Shown one piece after another: positions 51,636-64,000 of a DNA stretch of 64,000 nucleotides. This DNA comes from Monocercomonoides exilis PA203 (taxonomy: Eukaryota; Protista; Preaxostyla). The stretch spans positions 496,001-560,000 of the forward strand of contig LSRY02000039.1 of assembly GCA_001643675.2 (NCBI GenBank), read 5' to 3'. The stretch's first letter is position 1; each line of letters starts with the position of its first letter. Under the pieces are notes generated by a model. That model made no database searches, had not been told where the DNA came from, and saw nothing but the letters and a program-made list of their open reading frames with translations. The position numbers and the translations under genes are program-made.

Positions 51636-52193
51636 GTGCGCAGGACCAAACCTCCTTCCTTTGTTGAGGAAGATTGAGGCTAAATGTCAGTTGATGGAAT
51701 TGACGATGACAGCAATCCACATTCCAGGGGAGAAAAACACAACCGAAGACGCATTGTACAGGTTAGAGGCCGCAGGAGATTGTATGATAAGGAGTCAATG
51801 TCTGAAAGAAGCGGAGATGGCTCTCGGAGTGATAGCAGAGATAGACGGTTTCGCAAACGAAGGAAACAAGAGGAAGGAGATATGGTGTGGTCCTGGAAGT
51901 CCGTTCGCTCAAGATGGTCTCACCGCAGATTGGACAATGAACACTATGCTCATTCACTTTCCGATTCCATTGATTCTTCCGAGTCTCAAGAAAGCAAAAG
52001 CAGAGAGAGCGAGAGCAATCTTTCTTCTTCCGGCATGGAGGAATCAGATATGGAGCAACATTCTGGAAGAGATGATGTCTCAAAATTTCGTTTGGAGGAA
52101 CTCGAAAGCGGTTTTTGTCCGGGTGTGTACCTGATGAGAACTGCTGCAGTGCAGCCTCCCGGGGGGTTGATGGCAATAACATTCAACTGGTGA
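51636..52193 (+). pseudogene. DIRS RNase H C-terminus and Dam-like methyltransferase domain
   Basis: AIHIPGEKNTTEDALYRLE (HIPG..N..AD.LSR), then IDGFANEGNKR...DGLTADW...LIHFPIPLI...LLPAWRNQIW, the DIRS1 MT-domain pattern. Confidence 0.85.
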
Positions 52194-53172
52194 GAGAAGT
52201 GGGAGAAGAATGGTGGTGGAGAAGCCTCAGGCGCTGTGGAGTCCCAGATTGGATCATTTCCGTGAAGAAGGAGAGCATTGCCAAGACTCCATGGACTCTA
52301 TTCACATCTGGCTTCGCACTCTTTAGCCGAGAATTGGAAGAGTTGAAGCTTAGGTCGTTCCAAAAATATTTCGATGTATGGACAATGGATTGCGCAAATT
52401 GACTTTTATCCATGAGGGACAAAGGTGGAAAATATTCCTGCCTGTGTGCTAAACATTCAGCGATTTCACTCTTTTCCAAGACTGTATGTTGCAAGGAATT
52501 GAGTTATGTGAGTTTAATTAGTACAACATTTCAATCGTTCTCATTTTCCCAGACGCATTGAAAGCCTTTCACAAAGATGGAGAGCCCAAACATTGTGCAA
52601 CTGTATTACGAAAACAACGAACTGAACGAATATCTTTCTTTTTTTGAACAAACGTTAAAATGTTTAATATTTGAAAAACTGTTCACTTCCTATTGATTCC
52701 AACAGCTCGAGCAGATATTTGTGGTAAATTCCATATTTGAAGATGAAGCGATCTATTTGTCCACAAGACTCAAGACTTCCAGATCCAGGTATACATTACG
52801 GTTCCATTCCAAGAGGAGGATCACAAGCGAAATAGTCCAGAAAGAGCCATTATCACACTTTGGGATAAAGTCAAAACAACGTACGAAAATAGATATACGT
52901 TCCTCCTCAACACAACGCACCATTCACCGTCAACTACGAAGGGAATATGAACGCTTGCTGGAATCGGGATACTGAAAGCAGGGGTTTTTGAGTGATATCT
53001 GTCATATACAATAAAGCACGCATCAATATCCAAACTAGCGTCAAATGGGATCCAGGAGGTGTGCATAGCCAAGCACGCTCGCCTATCAACTATTACTCAC
53101 TTTCCATCCAGATCATTCAATGAAGTGAACCTGGAAAGCCGGATGGACCACGTGCTCCTTGCCTCAGAATAA
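52190..53172 (+). pseudogene. DIRS tyrosine recombinase pseudogene
   Basis: FTSY*FQQLEQI, STRLKTSR and ILKAGVFE*YLSYTIKHASISKLASNGIQEVCIAKHARLS, decayed forms of the YR R / K / HxxR / H boxes, located after the MT domain. Confidence 0.75.
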
Positions 53173-53749
53173 AATTGTTTTCAACAGGAAGTGCACACAG
53201 TCATGAAGATGGGCCGCATTCCCCAGTAGATAGAGTGCATTCCCTTTCGTGCAACTCAGCAAACAACGACAGACATTCACTGTTCTTGTTAAATGTTAAT
53301 TCTTTTTGAATATTTAAAAACAAAAAAAATATATTTTTAATGAATGTTAGGGGAAAAATATAATGCTTCAGTTATTTTCATTGAAAAATTATGCACTTTT
53401 CATTGAATTCTTTTATAACAAAAAACACAAATAAAATATGTCCATTTTTTTGACATTTGTGAAATGTTGAAATGCTTTATGTTTTGATTTCAACAATACC
53501 TGTTTACGGATATGAATATCAAATTTATTTTGAAATCTGAGAAAGCGAAATAAAGTTATGAGCGAAAAAAATTATTTTTGCTTTGTGCAATAAAAGCTTG
53601 AAAGTCCTTATTTTCCCCCATTTTTTTTTAATCTTATTTTTTAATGAAATGCAAGATTTCATTCGTTTGAAAAAAACGTTCAACATTTCAATGTTTCACA
53701 TAGAGAAATCGATTGCAGAAGATCAAAATAAACTGGCATTCTGTCGATG

Positions 53750-55000
53750 TTCATTATTCCCCATTCACCTCCCTTTGTTTGTCTCATTTTTTTTGCACAT
53801 GTAAGCTGCAATGATTTGTTGTAAAATTTCACAATTTCAATAACTTTTTCAAAGCTTTCTTTGAAGATCTGCATGATTGAAGGAGTTTTGTGAAAATCAT
53901 TCACAAGTCCACTTTCTTTAAAAGCAGAAAAAAAAGTTTAATCGATGAAGAAACTTGCAGAATGGAATTCACTGCAACCCATAATAGTTGTTCCACCATA
54001 TCTTATGTTGGACCAGATTTTTCTTGTTGAGTCTGAAGCATCCAAAGAGAGAATATAAACAAATCCAATGACTGCAGCAAATGTGTTGTATTCGGAGGAA
54101 AGACCAAGAGGAAAATATTTTCATTGGCAAGTCAAGTCAATACATTATCTGACATGTGGATTCGGCAACTATCAAACATTAACACAGCCTGTGCATGTTT
54201 ATCTGGCAAAATCATTCTTTTGATGTTGATATGAGGAATGAGAACTTTCTCAATTCAGTTTTCATACAATTCCTTTGCGAAATAAGACGAATTTCCAATA
54301 TCTTCACAACCATGAATTCCAGTTTGATAACCTAGAGAATGAAAGGTTCTAATGTTGAATGGTTTTTGTACGAGAAAACAAGGAGGAACAGAAGTTCCAT
54401 CAAGCGAAATCCAATGGAGCAATGAAATCCTTTTTTCTCTTTTGTCCACAGGTTTACAATCAATTTCACGATTTTCATTTTGTCCAACAATAAGGTTCAC
54501 CTTTCTTGTATCTTCATAGGCATGATAACCTAATTCATCAGCACAAAAAATCTTTGAAGAATATTTTCCATTCACACATTGAGTCAAATGATTTTTCCAG
54601 GTAATAATGCTTTGTTCCAAAATTTTCATCCTTTTTTCGTCTCTCACACTTAAAGAGACTACCATCAATATTTCGATATTCCTTTTCATGAATGAAGAAT
54701 GTAAATTGTGAAAAGGCGTTTTATTACAAACTTTCGCAACAACGGCTCTTTGTGTTTTCGGTGTGATTTGCTTTCTTTAATTTCTCAAATTTTTTTGAAT
54801 TTCCATGACTAGTTTTTCTTGTTTCGGAGTCATCAACATGTTCTTTTTCTCAGGAACCTTTTTTCTCATATATCCTGTTCGAATCTTGCAAACAAGGCTC
54901 GGCGTGCAGTTCAGCGCCTTTGAAATATGTATATTTAAAGGAATTTTTTTAAAATTATTGTTTAACAGGCGTTGAAGAAGGAACGAATTAATGAAGCTTT
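53750..55000 (-). pseudogene. Third, divergent pogo/DDE_1 transposase remnant
   Basis: IFCADELGY ... KRISLLHWISLDGTSVPP in ORF 54255-54689, followed by LMFDSCRIH. Heavily disrupted; boundaries approximate. Confidence 0.75.
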
Positions 55001-56012
55001 TGTTTTTGAAGTGTTTCGAGACAAGATGGATGAAATGAACTGTTAATCAAATTTTGGAATGAATCCTATTAAAACTGTTTCAAATTAAGATAAATTAAAA
55101 GTTGATAATTCCAAAGGAATTTTTATTTTTAAGATTGACAAATCTGTTCAACTGAAACAACCATTTAAATTATATAATTACAGTTGCCAACTTTTATCAA
55201 TTAACATGAATAGTGAGTGACCGTCCAACTATCTATATTTTTGTGAATTTTTTAATCAAAAAACGTATTTTTTCTAACATTCTTTTCCTTTTCGGTGTTG
55301 AATTCTCACAATTGAAAATTGCTCCTGTGAAATATTTTTTTTTTTCTTTCTTGTTAAAACTTCTGAAAAGAAACAAGATATTTTCACAATAGTTTTTAAT
55401 TGTCTTTTAATCATTAAACATTATATCGAAAAGAATTGAATTGGAATAAAAGTTTTGTCATTTTCTCGATTGATGATCCTCATAAGTTTTCTCCTCTTTC
55501 AATTTTCACTTTATTTCGATCTTTATCACTGTAAACAAATACGTTAAGAAGGAATTTTTATTCATTTTGTTTCATTAACGAGAATTTCAAAGAGAAATGT
55601 CAAACACAAAAAGAGATAAATACAAACAGTTAGCGAAATATTCACCACAATCCAAACAGCCAATAGTAACTTCAAAAAATCAAATTTTGCATTATGTCAC
55701 ACATGCACAACGAAATGCATTGAGAAGCACTCAAAGATTCTTGAACAAGCTGACGCTCAGCAATAAAAAAAAATAGATTGCAATGTTTCACATATTCATT
55801 GAATGAATGTGGGAAATTGCATATCTGCAAAATAGAAAAGCATGCATTAACTATTTATGATTGAAAGAAAACAATGAAGCATTCCTAAAATAATCATCAA
55901 CATTGAAAAACTACATATAGAGACGAAAATACATATTTCAAACATATTGACTGGATTTTTCACACAAGAACAACATAATCTGCATGGAAAACATATCTGG
56001 AAAAAAATACAT

Positions 56013-56106
56013 ACACAAACACAAACACAAACACAAACACAAACACAAACACAAACACAAACACAAACACAAACACAAACACAAACACAAACACAAACAC
56101 AAACAA
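56013..56106 (+). repeat. (ACACAA)n hexanucleotide microsatellite
   Basis: About 15 tandem copies. Confidence 0.95.
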
Positions 56107-56502
56107 AATACAATTCCAAACACGCAAAAATACAAAAATAATAATCTTGTTTTTTGAGGTGAAATACATACAAACTCAAATGAAATGCATTAACAACAAA
56201 ACAAATCCATTGACTCAATCATCCAGCCACAAAATACATCACGATTCGAAAATCGCTCTTTCCATTCATGAATCATAAATCAACTTCATTTTTTCAAATA
56301 TTTTTTCTTTTCTCTTTTGTGAGAAAAAAAAAAGGCGAATATTTTAGCTAATGAATCACTTTTTGAAGATGAAGCTCTTCCACAAACTTCATTCAACATT
56401 CAACACTTAAAAAGAGTTCATCACAAGCGTATGCTCAGAATCCTGTATTTGTTCTCCTTTCTCGCTTATTCACAAACGCAGACAATCATTTGTCCAAACA
56501 TT

Positions 56503-59500
56503 TACTCCTCCTCTCTGAATTGTCTCGCCAAACTCTCTCCTTCAATGTTTCAATAATCAAAATCAATCGCGTCTGTCGCTGTCATCATTGTCGAGCAACT
56601 TCCACAATGCCCAATCAATTCTCGCTTCACACTTCGAAGACTCGGCCTCTCTTCCCACTGCACACACAGACATCGATTTCCCAACTCCCTTAAAGCCTCC
56701 GATCCCGTTTCCCCCATCTCCTGCATCTCTCCATTCACTATCTTCTGCCCAGCCACCTCTGCCTCGTCCTCTCCAAAAGGAATCTTCAGTTTCAGTCACT
56801 TCCACAGCACCATCCCAATTGAGAATGGAGCTGATTCTTTTGCTGCTTCCTTGTTCTTGTTGATCAACAGTTCTGGTGCCTTCCACCTCAAACACTCTTT
56901 TTTGAAATCTGAGTCATCCTCAAAGGCTGATGAAGGAAGAGAGTCTTCATTGTCATCATCACTTGCAGATGAAACAATAGTTACAGTGGATGATATGGAA
57001 GATGAATCTGAATCATCTGATAAAAGGTCTGAGTGCATGACAATGCAGATAACCATGTGCTCAGAGAACAACACAATGTGTGGACTGAGATTGGTCATCG
57101 ATTGAAGAGGGTTTTCCATTTCATCAAAGGAGTGGAGAGCAAGATTTGCTACCCAAAATAGTATCTGTGCAGCTGTCATTTCTCTTTCCTGCAAAGTGCC
57201 TATCTCCATTTCCTTCTTCTCATTCCTTCCATGAAGCAGCATGAACAGCGAATCCCTCAAATCCACAATCAGCTTCTCATAAGGAGACGAACAGGCCATC
57301 GCGTCAACCAAGTTTGACATGGATGAGGTGGTTGGGCACAGATCTTCCCCTCGAACAAATGTTGAATCAGTGTCTGAAGTGTCTGTTGTTGAAGTGGATG
57401 AGACGGATGGCGAAGGATTTCGTTTCCTCTTCTCTTCATCATCTTTATCATCCATTTCCTCCAGTGCCCAGTCAGGAATCTTGTCTGAATTTCTCCCAAG
57501 AATGTATTCAGTTGATTCACTTTCACTCAATAAATGATCTGATGACTCGGAGTGTCCCAAGCTTTTCGCAAAAACCCTTTTCTTTATCCTTTCATCGTTC
57601 TTCTTCTCTCCTTCCCTCTCTGCTCTCCTCCACTGCTCCTCAGGCGACATCTCCATCGTAACCATCTCAAATGCCTTTGGATCTTTTTTGATGTTATCAT
57701 TCACAATCTCTCTCAGATCTTCTGCCTCATTCTTCACTTTTCTCCATCGAATAACAAACAAAATAAATACAACCAAAACAATAAAAAATAACATTGACAA
57801 CACAAGAACAATGATAATCCAATAAGATGCAGTCTTGTTTCCACTTTCAACAATGTTTTCTTCTCTTTTTGGCTCAATCTCACTTTTGTTCTTCAAAATG
57901 AAAGAATCAGTTGATGAAGGATTCTCTGCATTGCCAAACAAAATATATGTACTCACTTCAATTTCGTCTTCACAATTGCCGATGAGATCTTTTGCCACGC
58001 TTCCTTCTGCTTCTCTTTCCGATAAGAATCCATTTGAATCAAAATCATAATTTTCAATCTCATTCTCTTCTCCCTTCCTCTTCACAACTGAGAATGACAA
58101 ATTGCACGGAACAAGAAGCATCCCTTTGAATGCCAATTTCATTCTATCTGTCTCTTCTTTTGCTTCCACACTCTCCAACACAGGAATAAAGAATGATGAA
58201 TCCCTTTCAGAAACAATCCCTTCAAAACTGCACTCATCATTCAACATCCAAAGAGATGTGTTATCCTTCCATCCATCTCCTCCCTTCAAACTCACCACAT
58301 TCAATGTTCCAGAATCTGAACAGATAATATTTTTTCTAATTGATGGATATCCTTCAACAGATGGATTGTTATTCAAAAACTCTCCTTTATCAATATTCAC
58401 ATTTCCTCCACTCATTGTTATTCCACCTTCTGCTGAATTGGTTATTGTTGTGCCTTTCATCAAAACAGAACTCTTCACAATATCAACAAGAGATCTATCC
58501 CATCTGCATATTTCATCTTCCTTATTCTTATATTGTCCATTTCTTTCCTTTGAACTTCCATCAAAAATGCAACTGTCCATTTTCAGATTTGTGCAATTCT
58601 CCACTTTCATCAATTTCCCTTTTTTGGTCTTTGAACCGACTCCACCTATTGTGCAATTTGAAAATTGCATCGTCTTTTTCATTGACAAGCAAGATATTAA
58701 TGTTTCTTCATTTCCTTCAACTGTGATATTTTCTGAGTTGAAATTCTTGATTGTTAATTTTCCACATTCATGAATAATTATTAGAGAAGTTTTAGCTGTT
58801 GAGTTGTTAATTGTTAATGAATCAATAACTGAAGGAAGTGGTGATGAAAAATGCAATGCAGATTCTTGAAGAATAAGATTTGATATTGTGCATGCATCAA
58901 GCTGTAATTCTCCTTTTTCCATTTTAATAATGTGAAATGGAATGTTTTCAAAAGTCATATTTCCTTTTTCCATAAATTGTTTTGTTGTGAATGAACAATT
59001 CATTATTTCAAGAATCCCTCCATCTGGTGATATCAGTGATTCATGTGAAGAGATGAAATCTGAATCAAACACAAAATTCTCTCTCAACAATGAAACTGTT
59101 CCTGCTGTTGTGATCAATGTCTCTCTTGTTTTTTCAATCCCTGATTTCACTTCAACTTTACACAAGTCTCTGCTCTTTGAACTCAAACTCATTTCCTTCA
59201 AATTAATCTCTTCTTCAATTGCGCTCTTTGTGTCAACATACAATAGACTCACATATTCCGAAGTCAGATGCATTAGTCCATGATTAATTGAATCACAAGG
59301 AAGAGCATTTGTTCCACATTGCTTTTCATTTGAGCCGTTTAAACTACTCACAATAATTGTGTCACTCTGATGGATCGTAATAAATTCCATCAGATTAGTA
59401 TCGCTTGGGTAATCGCAGAGATCTCTTCCAAATATCGCATCATCACGGATGAAATGAATATCCCGAAGATCAAATTGAAATTGACTTTCATTGATCTGCA

Positions 59501-62500
59501 ATGTGATGTTGTTACACTCAATGAAAATATCATTCCCCACTTTTGCTTTGTTGTTACTGAATTTCATTCCCATAAACGCGAAATTCAATTCCCCTCTTTC
59601 CTTTGTTGCCAAATACACTCCTCCTCCTTTCCCCATGTCACCGCTGCAGCTGCAATGACTGATTGTTGTTTCAATCATCTTCATTGATCCAGATGCGCAC
59701 AATGTGAAGAATATTGCCCCTCCTTTTTCACTTGTTTCTGCTTTATCCTCCGTTATGTGGCTCTCATTCACCACCAAATTGATCTTTTTCTCACTCTTTA
59801 ATTCCAAAACGCTTGCTCCATTTCCAATTCTCTTTACTCCTGAAAATGATGAATTATCAATGTTGAGATTCATTTCCTCCCCTCCTTCATTAATCTTTGT
59901 TGTTAATTCAGGTCCTTTGATCAGAAGAAGGCATCCGACTCTTTCATTCAACAATTTCACTCGAACATTCTTCAACTGGCAAGAAATTCCAGCATTGTTA
60001 ATTGCAAAAATGCTATTTCCAACATTGCACGATTCCATCGACAAATCATTCACTTCCACAGTTCCTCCGATCGCACCCACAAACACACAATCAAATCCAT
60101 TGTTCATTCCTGCTTCTGAATGGAATGCACATCCAATTATCACCAAATCTCCATTTTTGTTTGAAATAATCGTTTTGGCTGAGTTGTCAAATCCAGATGT
60201 TAGTCGAAGTTGGATATTTCTCAATTCAAGATGATTATAATTTTCTATGAAATATTCCAGTTGAATTCCAATTGCCTTTTCAAAATTCAATATTGCTTTC
60301 ACATTCTCTTCTCCCATCTTCACACTTTTTTGATCTGATAATTGGACACATTGAATGAATCTCGAATGATAGTTGATCCTTCAATCTGAATTGTTTTATT
60401 TCCATTCTCCTTTTTCATGTTTTCCATCCCTTTCCACATTGTAAAACAAGGCTCTTCCTCACTTCCACATCTTGCCACATCATATCCATCTGATGAGATA
60501 AATATCTCAGATGAGCTGTATGGAATCAGAAACATGAACAAATCTTTGTTTGAATGAAAATCATCACTCCCAACAAAAAGAGTTTTATCATCTTTCATTG
60601 ATGAATAATCAAACTTGAATGAGTCATTTGTCACAGAAGAATAAAAATCCTTTTCCAAAATGAACATGTTCTTACCAATGGCCGCACTGTTGTTTGTAAA
60701 CGAGACGTTTTCTAAAAGAAATGGCTTCTCATTCAAACAATTTTGACAATCCAGACACAAGAATCCACCTTTTCCATTTCTTGATGAAAGCGAACAAGAT
60801 GTTGCATTTGTCGATTTTATCTCCAGTTTTTCATTCCCTTTCAATGTCACTCTTGCAACACCTCCTTCTTCACCGCTTCCAGTGTTCATAATGTTTGAAA
60901 AGTTGCAGTTTTCAAGCAAAATAGATGAAGCCATCACCAATGGAGATATGATAAACGAACAATCTGCCAAACTGCATCCCTTCAAAGTGCAACTTCCAGT
61001 TGTTGTTGATATCAATGAGTATTGAGCAATATCTGTTGATGATTGAATCTCAAACAAACAGCTTTCAAGTTGAAGACGTTCGCTTGATGAAATCAAGGAA
61101 TTCATGCTTGGTTGAAATTGACTTGGGATTCGAAATTCCAAAGCTAAAAAGCTGAGTGTCTTAATTGATGAAATAACAATTTTGGATGCAGAATCTCCAT
61201 TGATCGTCTTTTCAAAATAAGCTGTCTTATGTTTAATGGCATCTCCTTCATTCACACACCCATCAATCACAAGTGCATCCTGGAACGAAAAAACATTTTC
61301 AATTGTCCCTTCATCTTTCACTTTCACTTTCCTTTCTCCAACTGCTCCACTTCTGTCAATGTGGTCAATTCCACTTTTCATCGATTGACAAGGGAATCTT
61401 TCACTTCCACATCCCAATGTGTCATGTCCATCTGCTGATACAGTAACTTCAATCCGCTTTAAAGAAACAAGAAACACTCGAAGATCCATTTCCCCATATT
61501 TTCCGTCTTCCCCAACAAATGCATTCCCATCATCTTTGTAATCTGTGTTTACAATTGCAAAACGCTCTATTTTCACACTGTTCACCAGATTGCTGCTCTT
61601 TACAAACATGTTCTTCCCAACTGTTGCTGAGCATCCAGAAAACAATATCGATGAAAATCGAAATTCTCCTTCATTTGAACTGCAATCCAGATATATCCCT
61701 CCTCCTTTTCCTTCTTCAACTCCATTCTCACAAATACATCCAACAAATGAACTCTCTTGAATTGTAATATATCCTCCTTCACTCAATGCTATCTTCAGTG
61801 CTCCTCCTTCTTTGCTCTTCTCTGATAATGCCCCTTCAATTCTGCTTCCATTCATCACCATTCCAATCCCCATGCTCCCTCCAAACAGTGTTGCCTCTCC
61901 ACTTCCATCAATCTCCAATCCTTCCAGTGTGCAATTCAACAATTTCAGTCTGTATTCCTGTTCATTCAAATTTGCTGAGGAAAGCGAAATTGAAAACAAC
62001 GAAACTGTTGAGTTCACATCTGATATCGTGACAGAGTCCAACTCAACCATCTTCCCAGTTGATTTGATCAAGAAATATCCAATTGTGTTTTGCTTCCCTC
62101 CAACCACACTCATCTCACAGTTCTTCATGTGCAATTCCCCATTTATACTGCTCGATTCGATCACTGATGAAATTGTTCTGCTAAAACTCGAGGGGACAAC
62201 AATCCCAATTAACTCCATTTCTGTCAGAGAAGCTGATTTCAGAATGCATTCTTCAAAGCCACTAATTTCTCTTTGGCATTCTATCTCCACAAATGTCTCA
62301 GCTTTGGCCTTCACATTCATCCCTCCCACATCTACACATCCCGTTAAAGAAGATTTTGAACACATAACAATTTCCTGTTTTAAATTCTGCGATCTCTTCA
62401 GATGATCCATCCCATAATTAACATTCAAACATGGCGCCTTCTCCAATCCACAATACACCTCCTCTACTCCAGATATTCCATCGACAAATATTGCATCATC

Positions 62501-64000
62501 AAAGAATCCATCAAAGAATATGAACAAGTCGATATCCCAATCACCGAATGCTTCTGTTCTATCATGCCCAACAATCGAATTGTCTTTCTGAGTGATGCTT
62601 CCCATGAAGGCGAAGGAAGTTTCGTTCACAGAAGCGACAAGGGATTCACACACAAAATACATATCTCTTCCGACACTGGCCTTGTTGGCTGAAAACATCA
62701 CATTTATCATGGAAAAGGAGGATTCCGATACTTGTGAGAATTGGTTGAACTCGATCATGAGAGCACCGCCTTTTCCTCCAGAACTTGTATCCTCGCTCAC
62801 AGAGCAGGTGGAGAAGGTGGAGTTCATCACAGAAAATGTGTTGGCGGGGGCAGATGAGGCGAATGAGATGCACCCGTCATTGGTGGCATTCTGTTGGTTT
62901 TGTGGAGCTGAGTTGATGTTGGTGATGGTGCAGTTTGTGAGGGAGAGGGAGAGGGCAGGGGAGGTGGCAGAGGAGAGGACACAGCTGGCGGGGGAGGCTG
63001 TGGAGGTGATATCTGTGATGTTGGAGGAGGTGAAAGTGAGGGGAGTGGTGAGGGAGGTGAGGTGGAAGATGCTTTGGCTGCTGAGGGAGAGTTTTGTGAT
63101 TGCTGTGTGGTTGAGGGCGAGGGAGCCAGCAGTGAGGAAGAAGAGGGGGGTTGTGATTGATGATGAAGATGGGGTTGTTCCGGTGATGGTGGTTGTGTTG
63201 AGTTTGAGGGAAGGGGAGTTTTGGGAGAGATGGAAGAGGATGGGGGTGATTTGATTTGTGGAGTTGTGAGCGATGGCGAGGACAGAGACTGTGAGGGATC
63301 CCTGTGTTTGTTGGAAGAGGGCAGACGAGGCAGATGGATCTGGTGAAGAAGATGAGGGAGAAGAATAAGTGAATGTTGCATGCTGAGGAATTCCACTGGA
63401 TGCTATAGTGGTGACGGTTGTTCCATTTCCGATGATTTTTGTGTCAACCGCACGAAAAGTGAGTGTTTGAAGAGGAACAAATGTTGAGGTGAGGAGGGTG
63501 ATTAAAGATTCTTGTACTGCTTTTACACATCCAAGAGCATATTCAACTGTACCACATGGGGTCAATTGTGGCCTTCCACAGGCCTCGATATCTTCTCCGC
63601 TATCTGCAACGATTATGCTTGTTGCAATGAGGGGAAGCCAATTGTTGTACAATTCATTTGTTGCAGATCCACAGTTCCACACTCTGTTTATAGGGGTTGT
63701 TGATCCGCATTGCTGGAATGGGGATTGAGTAATTTCGTAACCATTGAAGAACACATCGTTTCCTCTTCCATTTGCAGCTGTGTTGCTATCGAAAAAACAA
63801 AAAGTGATGAATTTTATTCCATTCATCCAGGAATAAGTTGAATAGAAGAAAATGGCAGCACCTCCATATGTCGAAGAAGCAGTCAATTTATTGTTTACGA
63901 ATTGGCAATCATTAACCAAAAATTGGCTTGGTTTTTTATTCGGAGGATTATAAAATGAAAGAGAACCAGTTGAATCTCCACCAGAATTTGATATACACTT
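56503..64000 (-). CDS. Large receptor-like protein: repeated beta-helix-like extracellular modules, one TM helix and a degenerate kinase-like tail (5' end beyond window; 1 frameshift, in-frame TGAs near the C-terminus)
   Basis: The frame is open from 64000 to 60320, shifts at the T6 run 60326-60331, then runs to TGA 56796. It continues as LKLKIPFGEDEAEVAGQKIVNGE...CLCVQWEERPSL to TGA 56550 and TAA ~56503. GGA(I/L), GKGGG and FxxN motifs; TM YWIIIVLVLSMLFFIVLVVFILFVIRW; LRWKAPELL with no HRD or DFG. Confidence 0.85.

Larger units (their letters stand above)
46190..53290 (+). mobile_element. DIRS-like tyrosine-recombinase retrotransposon, decayed and split by an insertion
   Basis: Domain order is gag-like region, RT, RNase H, methyltransferase-like domain, YR. 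Termini are not resolved, so the ends are approximate. Confidence 0.88.

Noticed and set aside
54870-54900. GTTCGAATC resembling a tRNA T-loop
   Set aside because: No T-stem, acceptor stem or D-arm; it lies within a transposase remnant.
56796-56798. Selenocysteine at a TGA replacing a probable Cys
   Set aside because: The position is non-catalytic, a second TGA follows, no SECIS was recognised downstream, and a single TGY>TGA change explains it.

Overview
AT-rich, intron-containing eukaryotic DNA. The gene families (large GGA(I/L)/FxxN beta-helix-like surface proteins with a degenerate kinase tail; the 'YLKEITEII..HRNLTKLAYQSAW' family) and the GTTTGA/GTGTG...YAG introns resemble the oxymonad Monocercomonoides; this assignment is an inference. 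The first ~24 kb is a nested transposon graveyard: two pogo/Fot1-like DD35D elements, a ~258-bp TA-flanked MITE family (6 copies plus a foldback relative), a decayed DD34E Tc1, a Helitron helicase remnant, a Sola2-like pseudogene, two Merlin (IS1595-like) elements, a hAT-like element, a decayed USP peptidase gene, and one apparently intact 2151-bp Tc1/IS630 element with perfect 48-bp TIRs and DD33E spacing. 24.6-33.7 kb holds a very large Ser-rich multi-exon gene. 38-46 kb holds two paralogues of an expanded family and a type I membrane protein gene with two in-frame TAA codons. 46-53 kb is a decayed DIRS retrotransposon split by a long-TIR, Pack-MULE-like element carrying surface-protein gene fragments. 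The window ends inside a large receptor-like pseudokinase gene on the minus strand. No rRNA, tRNA or CRISPR array was found.
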